DNA of 43,780 nucleotides from Eledone cirrhosa. Its lineage: Eukaryota. The stretch lies in assembly GCA_964016885.1 (NCBI GenBank), contig CAXHJY010000692.1, positions 1-43,780 of the forward strand, given 5' to 3'. Numbering within the stretch: the first letter of the stretch is position 1; each line of letters begins with the position of its first letter. This document shows, piece after piece, positions 10,367 through 24,517 of this stretch. Made by a program: the position numbers and the translations under genes. The notes under the pieces are model-generated. The model saw only the letters and a program-made list of their open reading frames with translations. It was not told the origin of the DNA and did no database searches.

Positions 10367-12676
10367 TTATATTTCTCTTAGGTCAGTATTGTTTGTTTGG
10401 GTGTTGTTGTTATTCCATTCATTTTTACTGTTTAGTTTTGGCCTTCTAAATTCTATTTCATTGGCCTCTCTGATTTGTCTATCTGCTGGGTCATTTCTAT
10501 GTTTAGATATTATTTTAATTTCTATGTTGTCTATGTTACCGTCGTGTTGTTGTCTGGCGTGTTCGTATAGTACTGAACCGTTTTTTCGTCCTTTTAGTTC
10601 CCCCCAGTGTTGGTCTATCCTTTCACCTATGCTACGAGCTGTCTCGCCTATGTATGTTGTTGTCATGTTTCTGCAAGTACCCTCTGTGCATCTTATGCTA
10701 TAGACTACGTTTCTAGTTTTACAGTTTATCCGGGGGTTTACCTTACATATGATACATTTCCTATTAGTACAGTGGGTTTTCTTAAAAGGGTAGGTTTTGC
10801 TGATCAGGGATTTTATGGTGGTTCCTGGCTTTTCTACCACCTTAATCTTTAAGTGGGTCTTTCTCAGGGCCTTTCTACACTGGTTAGCTAATTTCCCTCC
10901 AGGGGTAACATCCACGAACATGACACTCTGGTATCTCTGGTATTTCTGGTTGTCGTACCATGAGGTGGCTTTCCCTATCTTATGTTTAGTCCTATCTAAG
11001 CTATTCCATGATTTTCTCCTGTATAATGGGCAAATTCCTTTCATTTCCAGTTCTATGAGGGTCTTATACTTCTCCGTGGCTCCTTCGTATACTCTGACTC
11101 TGTCTCTTTGGTTGTAGCCAGAGAACTGCATGCGGTTGATGAAGTGTTGGATGTGTCTTTCCAATTCTGTTGGATCGCACATGCGGGACACGTTCTTCAT
11201 CACTCGTACCAAGTCTGCGATCAGAATATTAAACTTAGCACTACTGGACATTGCTGAGTTTTTGAGTATCAGGTATTTGGAGGCCATGGGTTTAGCGTAG
11301 TGTGGGTGGAGAATTTGGGCTCTCTCGTCTATAGTGTTAGTCCAGAGTTCCGTGTCTAATATAGGTAGTCTATTGTTAGGGTGTTTGGAAGGGTAGTCGA
11401 TAGTTACAGTTATACTCTGGTGTATGGAATTAGCTATCTCCTGGATGCTTTCCATTATGCTACATTCTAAATCATACTTGTTAGTACTCTCTTGTGGGGG
11501 TGTCCTTATTACTATATTGATGTCGTCTACGTAACGAGAGTACATGATGAGGTCTATGGAGCTCTCATCAAGGATATCTTTGAGTCTCCTTTCCCACAAT
11601 ACCATAAAAATGTTGGCAACGTCACCAGCTATGCTGACGCCAATGACTGCTCCCTTATTTTGAGTGTAGATCTTCTCGTTGAATTTGAATATGTGGCCCT
11701 TTATGGTAGTTTTAATACTAGCCCCTATTGCATGTGCGACTATTTTTCTTACCTGATCATTGTTTTAGGGGGTCCGTATGGCTTTGGTCCACCCAATCCA
11801 CCTTCCCATGGGAGTCTTTTTTGCCATTGAGGTTATGGTGGGGGATCTATTTCTTATGGGTCTACTGGGGCAGAAACGGCTAAGATCATGGCTATCTAGG
11901 TAGTCAGTGTCGTAGATAAGTCTAAGTAGGAGGCCCAGTTCGTCTGTGTCGACGTTGCAGAACTCCACCTCACTCTCACTGATCATCTCCACACATTTTT
12001 CCACAGCAAAATCAATGTTAATGGATGGGTACAGTGATACCACATCCATACTGCCTATTATGCAGTTGGATAGGTTCCTGTTTTTGTTGCACTCACTGAT
12101 TCTGCTGAGGAGGTCCTCTGTACTGTCACATACATCTGGATACATCTTGATTATGGGGCGTATAACCATTGAGAGGAAGTAGGAGATCCTGAAGTTGCTA
12201 GCTATATTGGCTCCGCATACAGGTCTTGTTGGCAGTCCTGTTGTCGGGTCGTCGACTGTCTTATGGTCTTTGCGGATCCCATACAAGGGTGGTATGTCAT
12301 TGTTAGACGCCTGGAAGTTGTTGGCAGTGCGTCTGCTTGGCTTTAGGATGTCGGTCCACATCATCATGTGAGCGTTGAGGATTTTCTCTCTCCCCTCATG
12401 TATTTGCTGTGTAATTTCGCTGGTGTTGGTGATGTGGGGTTGCATAGCCTTGATGTAGTTCGGCATGCTGTCTATTGACATCCTACCAGACTTATCCGTG
12501 GGTAGACATACTACCTCACAATCCCTTGTGCGCTGGTTGAAGCTAACTAAGCCTTCTACGGGTGTCCTCCCAAGTTATTGGACCTCTGGTCTGCTTTGTC
12601 TCTTAGTATATCGGTCTACTATTTGTCTAATCTTATTTCTAGCTATGATGAACTGTACCTCTGTCTCGTCATCTAT
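10367..12676 (-). mobile_element. Penelope-like retroelement (Naiad-like), RT + C-terminal GIY-YIG endonuclease; 5'-truncated, single frame broken by two TAA stops
   Basis: Track ORFs 11765..12481 and 10367..11605 are in the same frame, joined across one TAA (11765-67) by NNDQVRKIVAHAIG..YTQNKGAVIGVSIAGDVANIFM. Motifs: PTDKSG, PLYGIRKDHK..RPV, SMDVVSLYPSI, RYVDD, LPILD, VMFVDVTPGGKLA, Cys-rich linker CTNRKCIIC..CKTRNVVYSIRC, YIGETARSIGERIDQH, RQIREANEI..PKLNSKNEW. The second TAA is near 12575. Confidence 0.93.
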
Positions 12677-12998
12677 TTCATATCAAAAACCTCGCAAAAC
12701 TAATATATATATATATATGTATATATATATAAATGGAAAAGAATGAAACGAAATTTCATTTCTCACTCTTAGTACGGCTGATACCTAACTATAAGTATGT
12801 ATACGTACATACATAAATGTGTACAGACGTACAGTAGTATGTATATATATACATACATGCACACATATATATACGTACGTATGGGTTTACCGAACATTTA
12901 TTATAATGTTCGGTTTGTTTGTAAACAAACAGCCCGTATTACGCCGTACAGTGCTCGTCAACCATCGTCGCCCTTTTGTTCAACACTGACACAGGAAA

Positions 12999-13037
12999 GA
13001 TGTACTAATTTCAAGCTTATTAGCTATCGTCAGCATC
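12999..13037 (-). ncRNA. Minimal type I hammerhead ribozyme motif (best-preserved copy)
   Basis: - strand: GATG CTGACGA T AGCT-aata-AGCT T GAAA TTAG TA CATC. Stem I is GATG/CATC, stem II is AGCT/AGCT, stem III is near-palindromic A(T)TAGT, and the cleavage triplet is GUA. Confidence 0.75.
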
Positions 13038-13052
13038 GTATACCTTTCTGTC

Positions 13053-13853
13053 AGATGTTCAAAGATGTCATTGTGGTACTATCTACCTATGAGGCATGAT
13101 GTAGTGGCCACAACACTGTACAATGCAGTTCGTAAAAAAGTTAGCCCGATAACAAACACTGTACAATGCAGTTCGTAAAAAGGTTAGCCCGATAAAAAAA
13201 CACATTAAAAGCTAGAGCAATGTGGAAGACATCCACATACATAATATGAAAGAGTACTGGTGGATGTTCCAGTAAAAACTCCAATAAAATGCAGGCATAA
13301 CAGACCAGATATTATGATATGGGATAGGGAGAAGAAAGCATGCACAGTAGTGGAAATTAGCTGCCCAGCAGATGCCAATATAATATCAAAGATTAGCGAA
13401 AAGGAGAATATTTATGCAGAACTGAAATCTGCAGATACTCCACCCTGATTACACCTTCAGATTTATGCCTGTGATTATTGGGGCACTGAGGTATGTTAGC
13501 AACTGCCTCAATACAAATCTTGAGAAGCTAGGTTTCACAGGAACAGAAAGATCACAACTAGTTAGGAAATTACAAGTACAATCCAGTAAAATATGTAAAA
13601 CATTCCAAAGATTTTGCATCTAATAACTGCATATACACATGTACAGATACAAAGCATATACACATGCACACATACAACTCAAAATATACACATCCACACA
13701 TACGATAATATCCATATCTACACATGCATGCATACATACATAATCTACCTAGTTGATGTTGTGTAAATTCCAATGAGAGAGCCTTGTGTCTATGTTAGAA
13801 ACCAACCCTCTCTCTATGGGGAAAAAATTCGTGACATTATAAAACCAGAAGAA
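13053..13853 (+). mobile_element. 3' part of an RLE-type non-LTR retrotransposon (R4/Dong-like), pseudogenised, with a probable 3'UTR ending at (CATA)n
   Basis: RCSKMSLWYYLPMRHDVVATTLYNAVRK (end of the zinc knuckle + RHD), RHNRPDIMIWDREKKACTVVEISCP..EKENIY (PD..E..K..Y RLE), PDYTFRFMPVIIGAL, KICKTF..* at ~13623. Internal 43-bp duplication (13112/13155). Assignment of 13624-13853 as 3'UTR is inferred. Confidence 0.85.
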
Positions 13854-14006
13854 CATACATACATACATACATACATACATACATACATACATACATACAT
13901 ACATACATACATACATACATACATACATACATACATACATGCATACATGATGGCTGCCGCCTCCTTATCGAGTATGTCCATTGCATGATATAACATTATT
14001 AATAAA

Positions 14007-14104
14007 TTTGCCTTTCATCCTTATGGGGTCGATAAAATAAAGTACCAGTAATACACTGGAATAATTGCTGGCCTTGTGCCAAAAGAAGAAACAATTATTA
14101 ATAA
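14007..14104 (+). mobile_element. 5'-truncated young SINE with 11-bp TSD
   Basis: Core plus tail; attattaataa at 13995-14005 and 14094-14104. Confidence 0.85.
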
Positions 14105-14453
14105 TTATCAATTAATGCTATTGAGCAATACCTGTGCGTGAAGATTTTTTTAAAGTGAGGAAAGACTGCACTGAGGCAATCCCACTCTCTGAGCGACAGT
14201 CGCTATAACCCGAAAAGAAGAAAAGATCAACATCATCGGTAACTACTGAGCTGCAGGTTTTATGTCGGAGTTTCCTGAGTTGCCTTCTCCTAAAAGAATA
14301 CCCCGACAAAGGGTAGGAGTCCTTCACTCCCAGTGGTTTAATCGTGCGATCGGGTATCTAGCCCGATTATTTCTATGTCCGCGCAAATATACACACATAT
14401 GTATACATGTATATACATACATACATACATACATACATACATACATACATACA

Positions 14454-14486
<33 letters not shown>

Positions 14487-14899
14487 GCATATGTATATGC
14501 ATATGTATATACATATTTACACATTTTTGGATGGTTGTTGACTCTTATGAGTTCTTCCGCCCTTTGTCAAGTTTTGTTTTTGTCCTGCAGGGTATCCAAC
14601 ATCACCCTCCTCACCAAGTAAACTCGGTGGGGTTGCCGGTTTAATCGCCGACGACCCGACCATGCGACAGGTTGTACTGGGTTACATGTTACCAGTAGCA
14701 CTCAAGAGTGACACAACATACATACATACATATATATTCATATATAAATATTTATAACGACTGAGATGAATAGATAGATTGCCTTACAACACTCATACAC
14801 ACAGAAAAATACACAAAACACATAATAGACACATTGTACGGTAATCCACAATAGGAAAATCGCGCATAGCATCAATACAGTAGACCGATCTAGATCCTC

Positions 14900-15150
14900 A
14901 TATAATCACACATGCTCACATTTCTATACATATATATAACCACAGATATATACTTTCACATGCTCACACTTCAATACATATATATAATCACACATGCTCA
15001 CACTTCCATACATACACATCATCAGAGATATATATTCTCTCATGCTGACATTTCCATACATAGAGCTAATCACACATATAATCACACATGCTCAAGCTTC
15101 CTTGCATTCACATAATCACACATATCATCACACGTGCTCACACTTCTATA
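14900..15150. repeat. Diverged ~40-bp minisatellite (atataatcacacatgctcacac...)
   Basis: The motif cacatgctca(c/a) recurs about 6 times. Confidence 0.7.
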
Positions 15151-15207
15151 CATTTATATATATGCCTATACATACACACACACACACACATATATATATA
15201 CGCACAC

Positions 15208-15354
<147 letters not shown>

Positions 15355-15522
15355 TACACACACAGACACACACACATATATATATATATATATATTCCTT
15401 TAAAAAAGTAATCTCTTCATGTCAATAAAGGAGTGGAAACAGTGTGATTTCTCCCTACAGAATAACATCTGGTCATGAGAATTTCAAAAAGAGCAACAGA
15501 GGTGGTAAATGAGAGAGGGCGA

Positions 15523-15641
15523 TGAGTTCAAATCCCGTCGAGGTTAACTTTGCCTTTCATCCTTACGGAGGTCGATAAAATAAAGTACCAGTAATGTACT
15601 GGTTAATTGCTGGCCTTGTGCCAAAAGTAGAAACAATTATT
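15523..15641 (+). mobile_element. 5'-truncated young SINE starting at the B-box
   Basis: gagttcaaatcccg..gaggttaactttgcctttcatcc...agaaacaattatt. Confidence 0.88.
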
Positions 15642-15649
15642 GACGGAAG

Positions 15650-18062
15650 CGACGTTGTTGTGAACGGTTGGAAGGAGGGGGGATAGTTATAGTAATAGCT
15701 AGACGTTATTGTGAACGGCTGGAAGGGGGATGGTGATAGTTATAGTGGTAACTCGGCGTTGTTGTCAACGGCTGGAAGGGGCATGGTGATAGTTATAGTA
15801 ATAGCTAAACGTTGTTGTCAACGGTTGGAAGAGGGGTGGTGATAGTTATAGTAATAGCTAGACGTTGTTGTGAACGGCTGGAAGGGGGATGGTGATAGTT
15901 ATAGTGGTAACTCGGCGTTGTTGTCAACGGCTGGAAGGGGCATGGTGATAGTTATAGTAATAGCTAAACGTTGTTGTCAAGGGTTGGAAGAGGGGTGGTG
16001 ATAGTTATAGTAATAGCTAGACGTTGTTGTCAACGGTTGGAAGAGGGGTGGTGATAGTTATAGTAATAGCTCGACGTTGTTGTGAACGGTTGGAATGGGG
16101 ATGGTGATAGTTATAGTAATAGCTAGACATTGTTGTGAACGATTAGAAGGGGGATGGTGATAGTTATAGTAATAGCTAGACGTTGTTGAGAACAGTTAGA
16201 AGGGGGATGGTGATAGTTATAGTAATAGCTAGACGTTGTTGAGAACGGTTAGAAGGGGGATGGTGATAGTTATAGTAATAGCTAGACGTTGTTGAGAACG
16301 GTTAGAAGGGGGATGGTGATAGTTATAGTAATAGCTAGACATTGTTGTGAACGATTAGAAGGGGGATGGTGATAGTTATAGTAATAGCTAGACGTTGTTG
16401 AGAACAGTTAGAAGGGGGATGGTGATAGTTATAGTAATAGCTAGACGTTGTTGAGAACGGTTAGAAGGGGGATGGTGATAGTTATAGTAATAGCTAGACG
16501 TTGTTGAGAACGGTTAGAAGGGGGATGGTGATAGTTATAGTAATAGCTAGACATTGTTGTGAACGGTTAGAAGGGGGATGGTGATAGTTATAGTAATAGC
16601 TAGACGTTGTTGTGAACGGTTAGAAGGGGGATGGTGATAGTTATAGTAATAGCTAGACATTGTTGTGAACGGCTGGAAGGGGGATGGTGATAGTTATAGT
16701 AATAGCTAGACATTGTTGTGAACGGTTAGAAGGGGGATGGTGATAGTTATAGTAATAGCTAGACGTTGTTGTGAACGGCTGGAAGGGGGATGGTGATAGT
16801 TATAGTAATAGCTAGACGTTGTTGTGAACGGTTAGAAGGGGGATGGTGATAGTTATAGTAATAGCTAGACATTGTTGTGAACGGTTAGAAGGGGGATGGT
16901 GATAGTTATAGTAATAGCTAGACGTTGTTGTGAACGGTTAGAAGGGGGATGGTGATAGTTATAGTAATAGCTAGACGTTGTTGAGAACGGTTAGAAGGGG
17001 GATGGTGATAGTTATAGTAATAGCTAGACGTTGTTGTGAACGGCTGGAAGGGGGATGGTGATAGTTATAGTAATAGCTAGACGTTGTTGTGAACGGCTGG
17101 AAGGGGGATGGTGATAGTTATAGTGGTAGCTCGACGTTGTTGTGAACGGCTGGAAGGGGGATGGTGATAGTTATAGTAATAGCTAGACGTTGTTGTGAAC
17201 GGCTGGAAGGGGGATGGTGATAGTTATAGTAATAGCTAGACGTTGTTGTGAACGGCTGGAAGGAGTATGGTGATAGTTATAGTAATAGCTAGACGTTGTT
17301 GTGAACGGTTAGAAGGGGGATGGTGATAGTTATAGTAATAGCTAGACGTTGTTGTGAACGGCTGGAAGGGGGATGGTGATAGTTATAGTAATAGCTAGAC
17401 GTTGTTGAGAACGGTTGGAAGGAGGATGGTGATAGTTATAGTAATAGCTAGACATTGTTGTGAACGGCTGGAAGGAGTATGGTGATAGTTATAGTAATAG
17501 CTAGACGTTGTTGTGAACGGTTAGAAGGGGGATGGTGATAGTTATAGTAATAGCTAGACATTGTTGTGAACGGCTGGAAGGGGGATGGTGATAGTTATAG
17601 TAATAGCTAGACATTGTTGTGAACGGTTAGAAGGGGGATGGTGATAGTTATAGTAATAGCTAGACGTTGTTGTGAACGGCTGGAAGGGGGATGGTGATAG
17701 TTATAGTGGTAGCTAGACGTTGTTGAGAACGGCTGGAAGGGGGATGGTGATAGTTATAGTGGTAGCTCGACGTTGTTGAGAATGGTTGGAAGGGGGATGG
17801 TGATAGTTATAGTGGCAGGTAGACGCTGTTGCGAACGGTTGGAAGCGGGGGGATAGTTATATTGGTAGCTCGACGTTGTTGCGAACGGTTGGAAGGGGGG
17901 GATAGTTATAGTGGTAGCTCGACGTTGTTGTGAACGGTTGGAGGGGGGTAGTTATAGTAGTAGCTAGATGTTGTTGTGAACGGTTTTAAGGGGGGGGGTA
18001 GTTATAGTAATAGCTAGACGTTGTTGTGAACGGCTGGAAGGGGGATGGTGATAGCCATAGTG
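15650..18062. repeat. 53-bp minisatellite, about 45 copies
   Basis: Unit agacgttgttgtgaacggttagaagggggatggtgatagttatagtaatagct (e.g. starts at 16231 and 16284). The centre is homogeneous and the edges are diverged. Confidence 0.97.
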
Positions 18063-18234
18063 GCAGCTTGGTAGCGGTACTGGATATGGTCGTTCTTGTT
18101 GTTTAGACCCGAATTAGCCTTGATCGATTAGGTTTCTGGTGAAAGGTATCCCAGCCCTAAACACCACGATTTTACCTATGTTCAAGGAATCTATGACATT
18201 ATCCGATGTGTGTCCTTCTTTTTAAGCGATAGAG

Positions 18235-18592
18235 TATTTGCTGGTGATGGTGGATATAGAGGTGGTAGTGGAGAGGTGGTCATAGGTGATACTGGTGGTC
18301 ATGGTGGCTATGTTGATGATGGCGTTGTTGGTTGGGGTGGTGGTGATGATGGGTGTGGTCGGGGCGGTAGTAATGTCTGTTTTTATGATGATGGTGGCTA
18401 TAGTGGTGGTAGTGGGCATGGGATTACTGGTTGACATGTGGCTTTCGTTGGTGGCGGTGGTGGTGTTGTAGACATTGATGGCAAATAGTGGTGATGTTGG
18501 TAGTGATGCTGCTTATTCGGCTCCTGCTGCACAATATGATGATGATGGTGGTGGTGGTGGTGCTGCTGCTGCTGGTGATTATGATGATGAGA

Positions 18593-18625
<33 letters not shown>

Positions 18626-18665
18626 GCGGCGATGAGGAGGAGGAGGAGGGGGAGTGGGGGGAGGA
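18235..18665. repeat. (GGT/GAT/GCT)n low-complexity tract
   Basis: Direct reading of the sequence. Confidence 0.85.
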
Positions 18666-18667
18666 TT

Positions 18668-18820
18668 TTATCGAACCCAGTACTTGTTTTATCGACCTTG
18701 GAAGAACGAAAGGTAAAGTTGACTTCATCGGGATTTAAATTCAGTACGTAGAAAGTCGTACTAAATACCGCAAGGTGTTTTGCCCAATTCTCTACCCTCA
18801 GTGCCAATCCACCGCTCTAG
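18668..18820 (-). mobile_element. Old Nin-type SINE
   Basis: gtacttgttttatcgacc...gaaaggtaaagttgac..ggatttaaattcag...tgccaatccaccgc is the reverse complement of the family pattern. Confidence 0.7.
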
Positions 18821-19222
18821 TAAAGGATAACGATGCTTATTATTGTCGAAAGGGGTTAAGTTAGGTGACATTGCTTGGCAGGAGTATTTTCAAGTTATGT
18901 TATGAGTCTATGGCCGACATTAGTTTCTCATATGTTGTACTAAATATTTCAATTCAGACATTTGCATTTAAGGGTTCGCTGACAGGGATCATCCTGTTCA
19001 ACATAATATCAAAGGTAGTGTAACCTGGGATTCGGTTACATGAACAAATACGTCCTGTTCGTCTACCGCCATTCTTCCTTAAACCTCCACAGTCGTCATC
19101 CAGGCGTAAAAACCTCGCGTAAGAAATGCACACTTTCCATCAACGCAGACCTTGTAAACATTCTCCAATGGTGGTGTAATAACTTAGCAATAATACACAA
19201 TTTCTACACATAACTTAATAGA

Positions 19223-19400
19223 CGGCGAATTAGCAGAGTCGTTAGAACATCGGATAGAATGTCTTGCGGTATTTGTTTCGGCTCTCTTCTCAAATCTCAT
19301 CAAAGTCAACTTTGCTTTTCATGCTTTTGAGATCGATAAAATTGTATTTGGTCGATACTGGAGTTGATTCACCCTCTATACCCTTTTCTCACTACAATTT
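19223..19400 (+). mobile_element. Old Nin-type SINE (a further copy lies at ~19750-19885)
   Basis: ggcgaattagcagagtcgttag...gtcaactttgcttttcatgc..tcgataaaa. Confidence 0.65.
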
Positions 19401-20159
19401 TCTCTCACGTTCTTCTCTGGTAAAATCGACTGGGTTGATAACTGGGAAGGAGACGGGCTCCACCAGGTTTAAAATGGACAAGACATACCGTATGTCATAC
19501 CGACAGCTCCAACTAGAGTTACGTATCCACCCATACATACATATTTACATACATGTATACATATATTACTTCTACCTGGAGTTGCGACCGGTAGATAGTA
19601 TTAACAATTAGAAAGACCATTGGAAACATTGCTTCCTCGGTCCGATTTGACGAAAGTCGATCGACTGTCGTATACATATATACAAACATACATATGTACA
19701 TACATCATACACACATATGCTACGTACGTATAATGCAGACTATACGGCTAATTGTTAGAATGTGTAGGATCGTAGATCGAAATACCCGGCCATATTTATT
19801 CCGACACTCTATACTCATTCCAAATTTCACCGAGGTCAACTTTGCTCTTTACTTTATCAGGGGTCAATAAAATAAGGTACCAATCCTGTATGGTTAAAAT
19901 TGTCAAAGCGTCGGACGAGACACCTTGCGGTATTTGTTGTCGCTCTTTCTCTAACTAATAAAATATAGCTTTCTAATATTTCTGACATTTATTTCACTTT
20001 ATTCTATATAGCTATAATTCTTCCCTTGAAATATATATATTTTATGAGATGTATTCTGTTTTTTAAAGTAATTTTATATTATCATTATCTTTTCTTATTT
20101 CTTTCCCTCTCGGCGATCGATATATATACCCAATGAGAGACATACAAAAAGACAGACTT

Positions 20160-22215
<2,056 letters not shown>

Positions 22216-22744
22216 ACGTTTCTTTACAACTGTAAGGAACAACTGCCATTTATAGTTTTATGATTATTTTAATCGTTTTTTCTAGAGATTCTGTTTTATT
22301 TCGTTTGTTGTTTGTGTATTTTTTCTTTCAATTTTCTTGTGTGTGTGTGTGTGTGTGCGTGTGTGTGTGTGTGTGTATATGTGTGTGCATGTGGGTGTAT
22401 GTGTGACTTCCTCATATCCCTTTCCTCCAAGCTATATACAACACTTTTCTCTCTCTCTCTCTCTATTGCAATCACACACATCCTCTCATCCGTTGTTTCT
22501 CTCTGTCTAAGTTCCTATTTATCCTACTCTCTCTCTTTCTCCCTGTGACATTCTCCCACCTTCCTCTCTGTCACCCAATGTATATATGTTTCACTATATG
22601 CATGCATTAATATATTTACATGACTTTAAATATATGAATGCAAGACAGTGGCGAAGAGACAAAATTGGAAAATTGGCAAAACAACCTGGCATATGTTAGT
22701 TAGTTACATTCTTTCAAGAACTGAGTTCAAATCTAGCCAGGGCC

Positions 22745-22870
<126 letters not shown>

Positions 22871-23075
22871 TACACACACACACACATATATATATATACA
22901 GCATATATATGTGTAGGTATGTATATTCCCTCTGATAGTTTGTAAAAATTTTACATAGATCTATATGATATACATACCAACACACACATATATATCCTAG
23001 AAACGATCGTAAAATGATGAATTTTTTTAATATAAGGAACTGTTTCTTTGTTTTTATTCATTATTTTTATTAATT

Positions 23076-23116
<41 letters not shown>

Positions 23117-23256
23117 ATATATATTTATATATTTGTATATATATATATATATATAATATGTATGCATGTATGTAAAAGGTAAACAGAAATAACAACACAA
23201 TCGGTACAGTATATGGAAGGGATATATTAGGTTAACGTTTGATATAGCAGGAAGAG

Positions 23257-23294
23257 GGTCATAACATTTCGGACGCTAGTCCTTCATCAGAAGA
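23257..23294 (-). ncRNA. Solo minimal hammerhead ribozyme motif (PLE-type), CpG-decayed
   Basis: - strand: tctt CTGATGA A GGAC-tagc-GTCC GAAA TG T T atga. Perfect 4-bp stem II; GAAATGTT is one transition away from the palindromic GAAACGTT; stem I has 3 of 4 pairs. Confidence 0.7.
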
Positions 23295-23606
23295 AAGAAT
23301 GAGAAATAAGATAGATTGGGGGGACGGGCGGTTGGAATTGGAAAAATGTCTTTAGATAAAAAAAACAGGTCCATTCTTGTTGACATCTCTTGCAAAACTA
23401 TTGGTGCTGATTTATTTTTTAGAAAAGTGTATGATAGAGCGCGTCTAACTTAAATAGAAAAAAAAAACCGTTTTGTAATCCGAGGCCATATTCATTTGGT
23501 TTGGGTTTATTAAAATCCCTAATGTACATTTTGCTGATGACTGCCAGGACCTTAAAAACAATGAAATATTACAAAAAACCTTTAACTTTCAAAGTATGGT
23601 TTTACT

Positions 23607-23725
23607 AACCACACCACATGAATTATGCCTATCAATATAAAGCAGTTGTGAATAAGTCCGCTTCAAGATATAATACCCCGATTTATTCACAACTATTCAA
23701 TAGTGATAATTCATACGTCGTGGTT
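23607..23725. other. Imperfect ~120-nt stem-loop
   Basis: Nested pairs: aaccac/gtggtt, atgaattat/ataattcat (23618-26/23706-14) and agttgtgaataa/ttattcacaact (23644-55/23683-94). Confidence 0.8.
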
Positions 23726-23874
23726 ATTTATTTGATAGCCAAGCATACTTTAAATGCTATCGTCCCACAAGCTTTGTAAACTTTCGAAGGCGGCAGATAT
23801 TCCGGAAATGCGCGTAATGGCAGGTTATTCAATAAATTAAGATATGATAATGTAGCACTCTATTTCCCTATTCA

Positions 23875-23973
<99 letters not shown>

Positions 23974-23974
23974 C

Positions 23975-24125
<151 letters not shown>

Positions 24126-24336
24126 GGAGAAGCCGTTGCAATGCGAATAGAAATATAAAGATGTAAATTAAGAATGACAAAACAAAACAATATTTTTATA
24201 ATATAATCTTTCATGATATTTCAAGGTTCTGACCAAGGTCCGAAGAAAAACGGAGCGCATGGTTCCTACGATATTTTCGTTAGTTGTGTGATTAACCGTC
24301 TGTGAAAATGTGACAACAGCAGACAGGTCATATTAG

Positions 24337-24423
24337 ATGAACGAGGGAAACATGCGAATGAAAGAGGCTTTCCTTATAAACAGGCATAAGCCAAACATCA
24401 ACAATAGCACTGAGCTTCATGGA
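24337..24423 (+). pseudogene. C-terminal fragment of a Penelope GIY-YIG endonuclease
   Basis: MRMKEAFLINRHKPNINNSTEL matches the R.I.EA..I...KP.LN..E ending of PLE endonucleases (compare RQIREANEIEFRRPKLNSKNE in the element at 10367). It is followed by (TA)n. Confidence 0.6.
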
Positions 24424-24425
24424 GC

Positions 24426-24517
<92 letters not shown>

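Noticed and set aside
10130-12676. Selenoprotein-type Naiad (TGA read-through + SECIS)
   Set aside because: Both in-frame stops are TAA, and I see no SECIS-like stem between the ORF end and the hammerhead.
13768-13810. CCAATGA...GAAAC in the RLE LINE 3'UTR as a hammerhead variant
   Set aside because: The core is mismatched and stem II pairs poorly in this copy; the family consensus would be needed to judge.
14525-14712. GC-richer segment possibly an RTE-LINE 5'UTR with an HDV-like ribozyme (- strand)
   Set aside because: I could not assign the nested pseudoknot pairings by eye, and there is no adjacent ORF.
15650-18062. CRISPR-like regular array
   Set aside because: The units are contiguous 53-bp tandem copies with no unique spacers; there are no cas genes and the context is eukaryotic.
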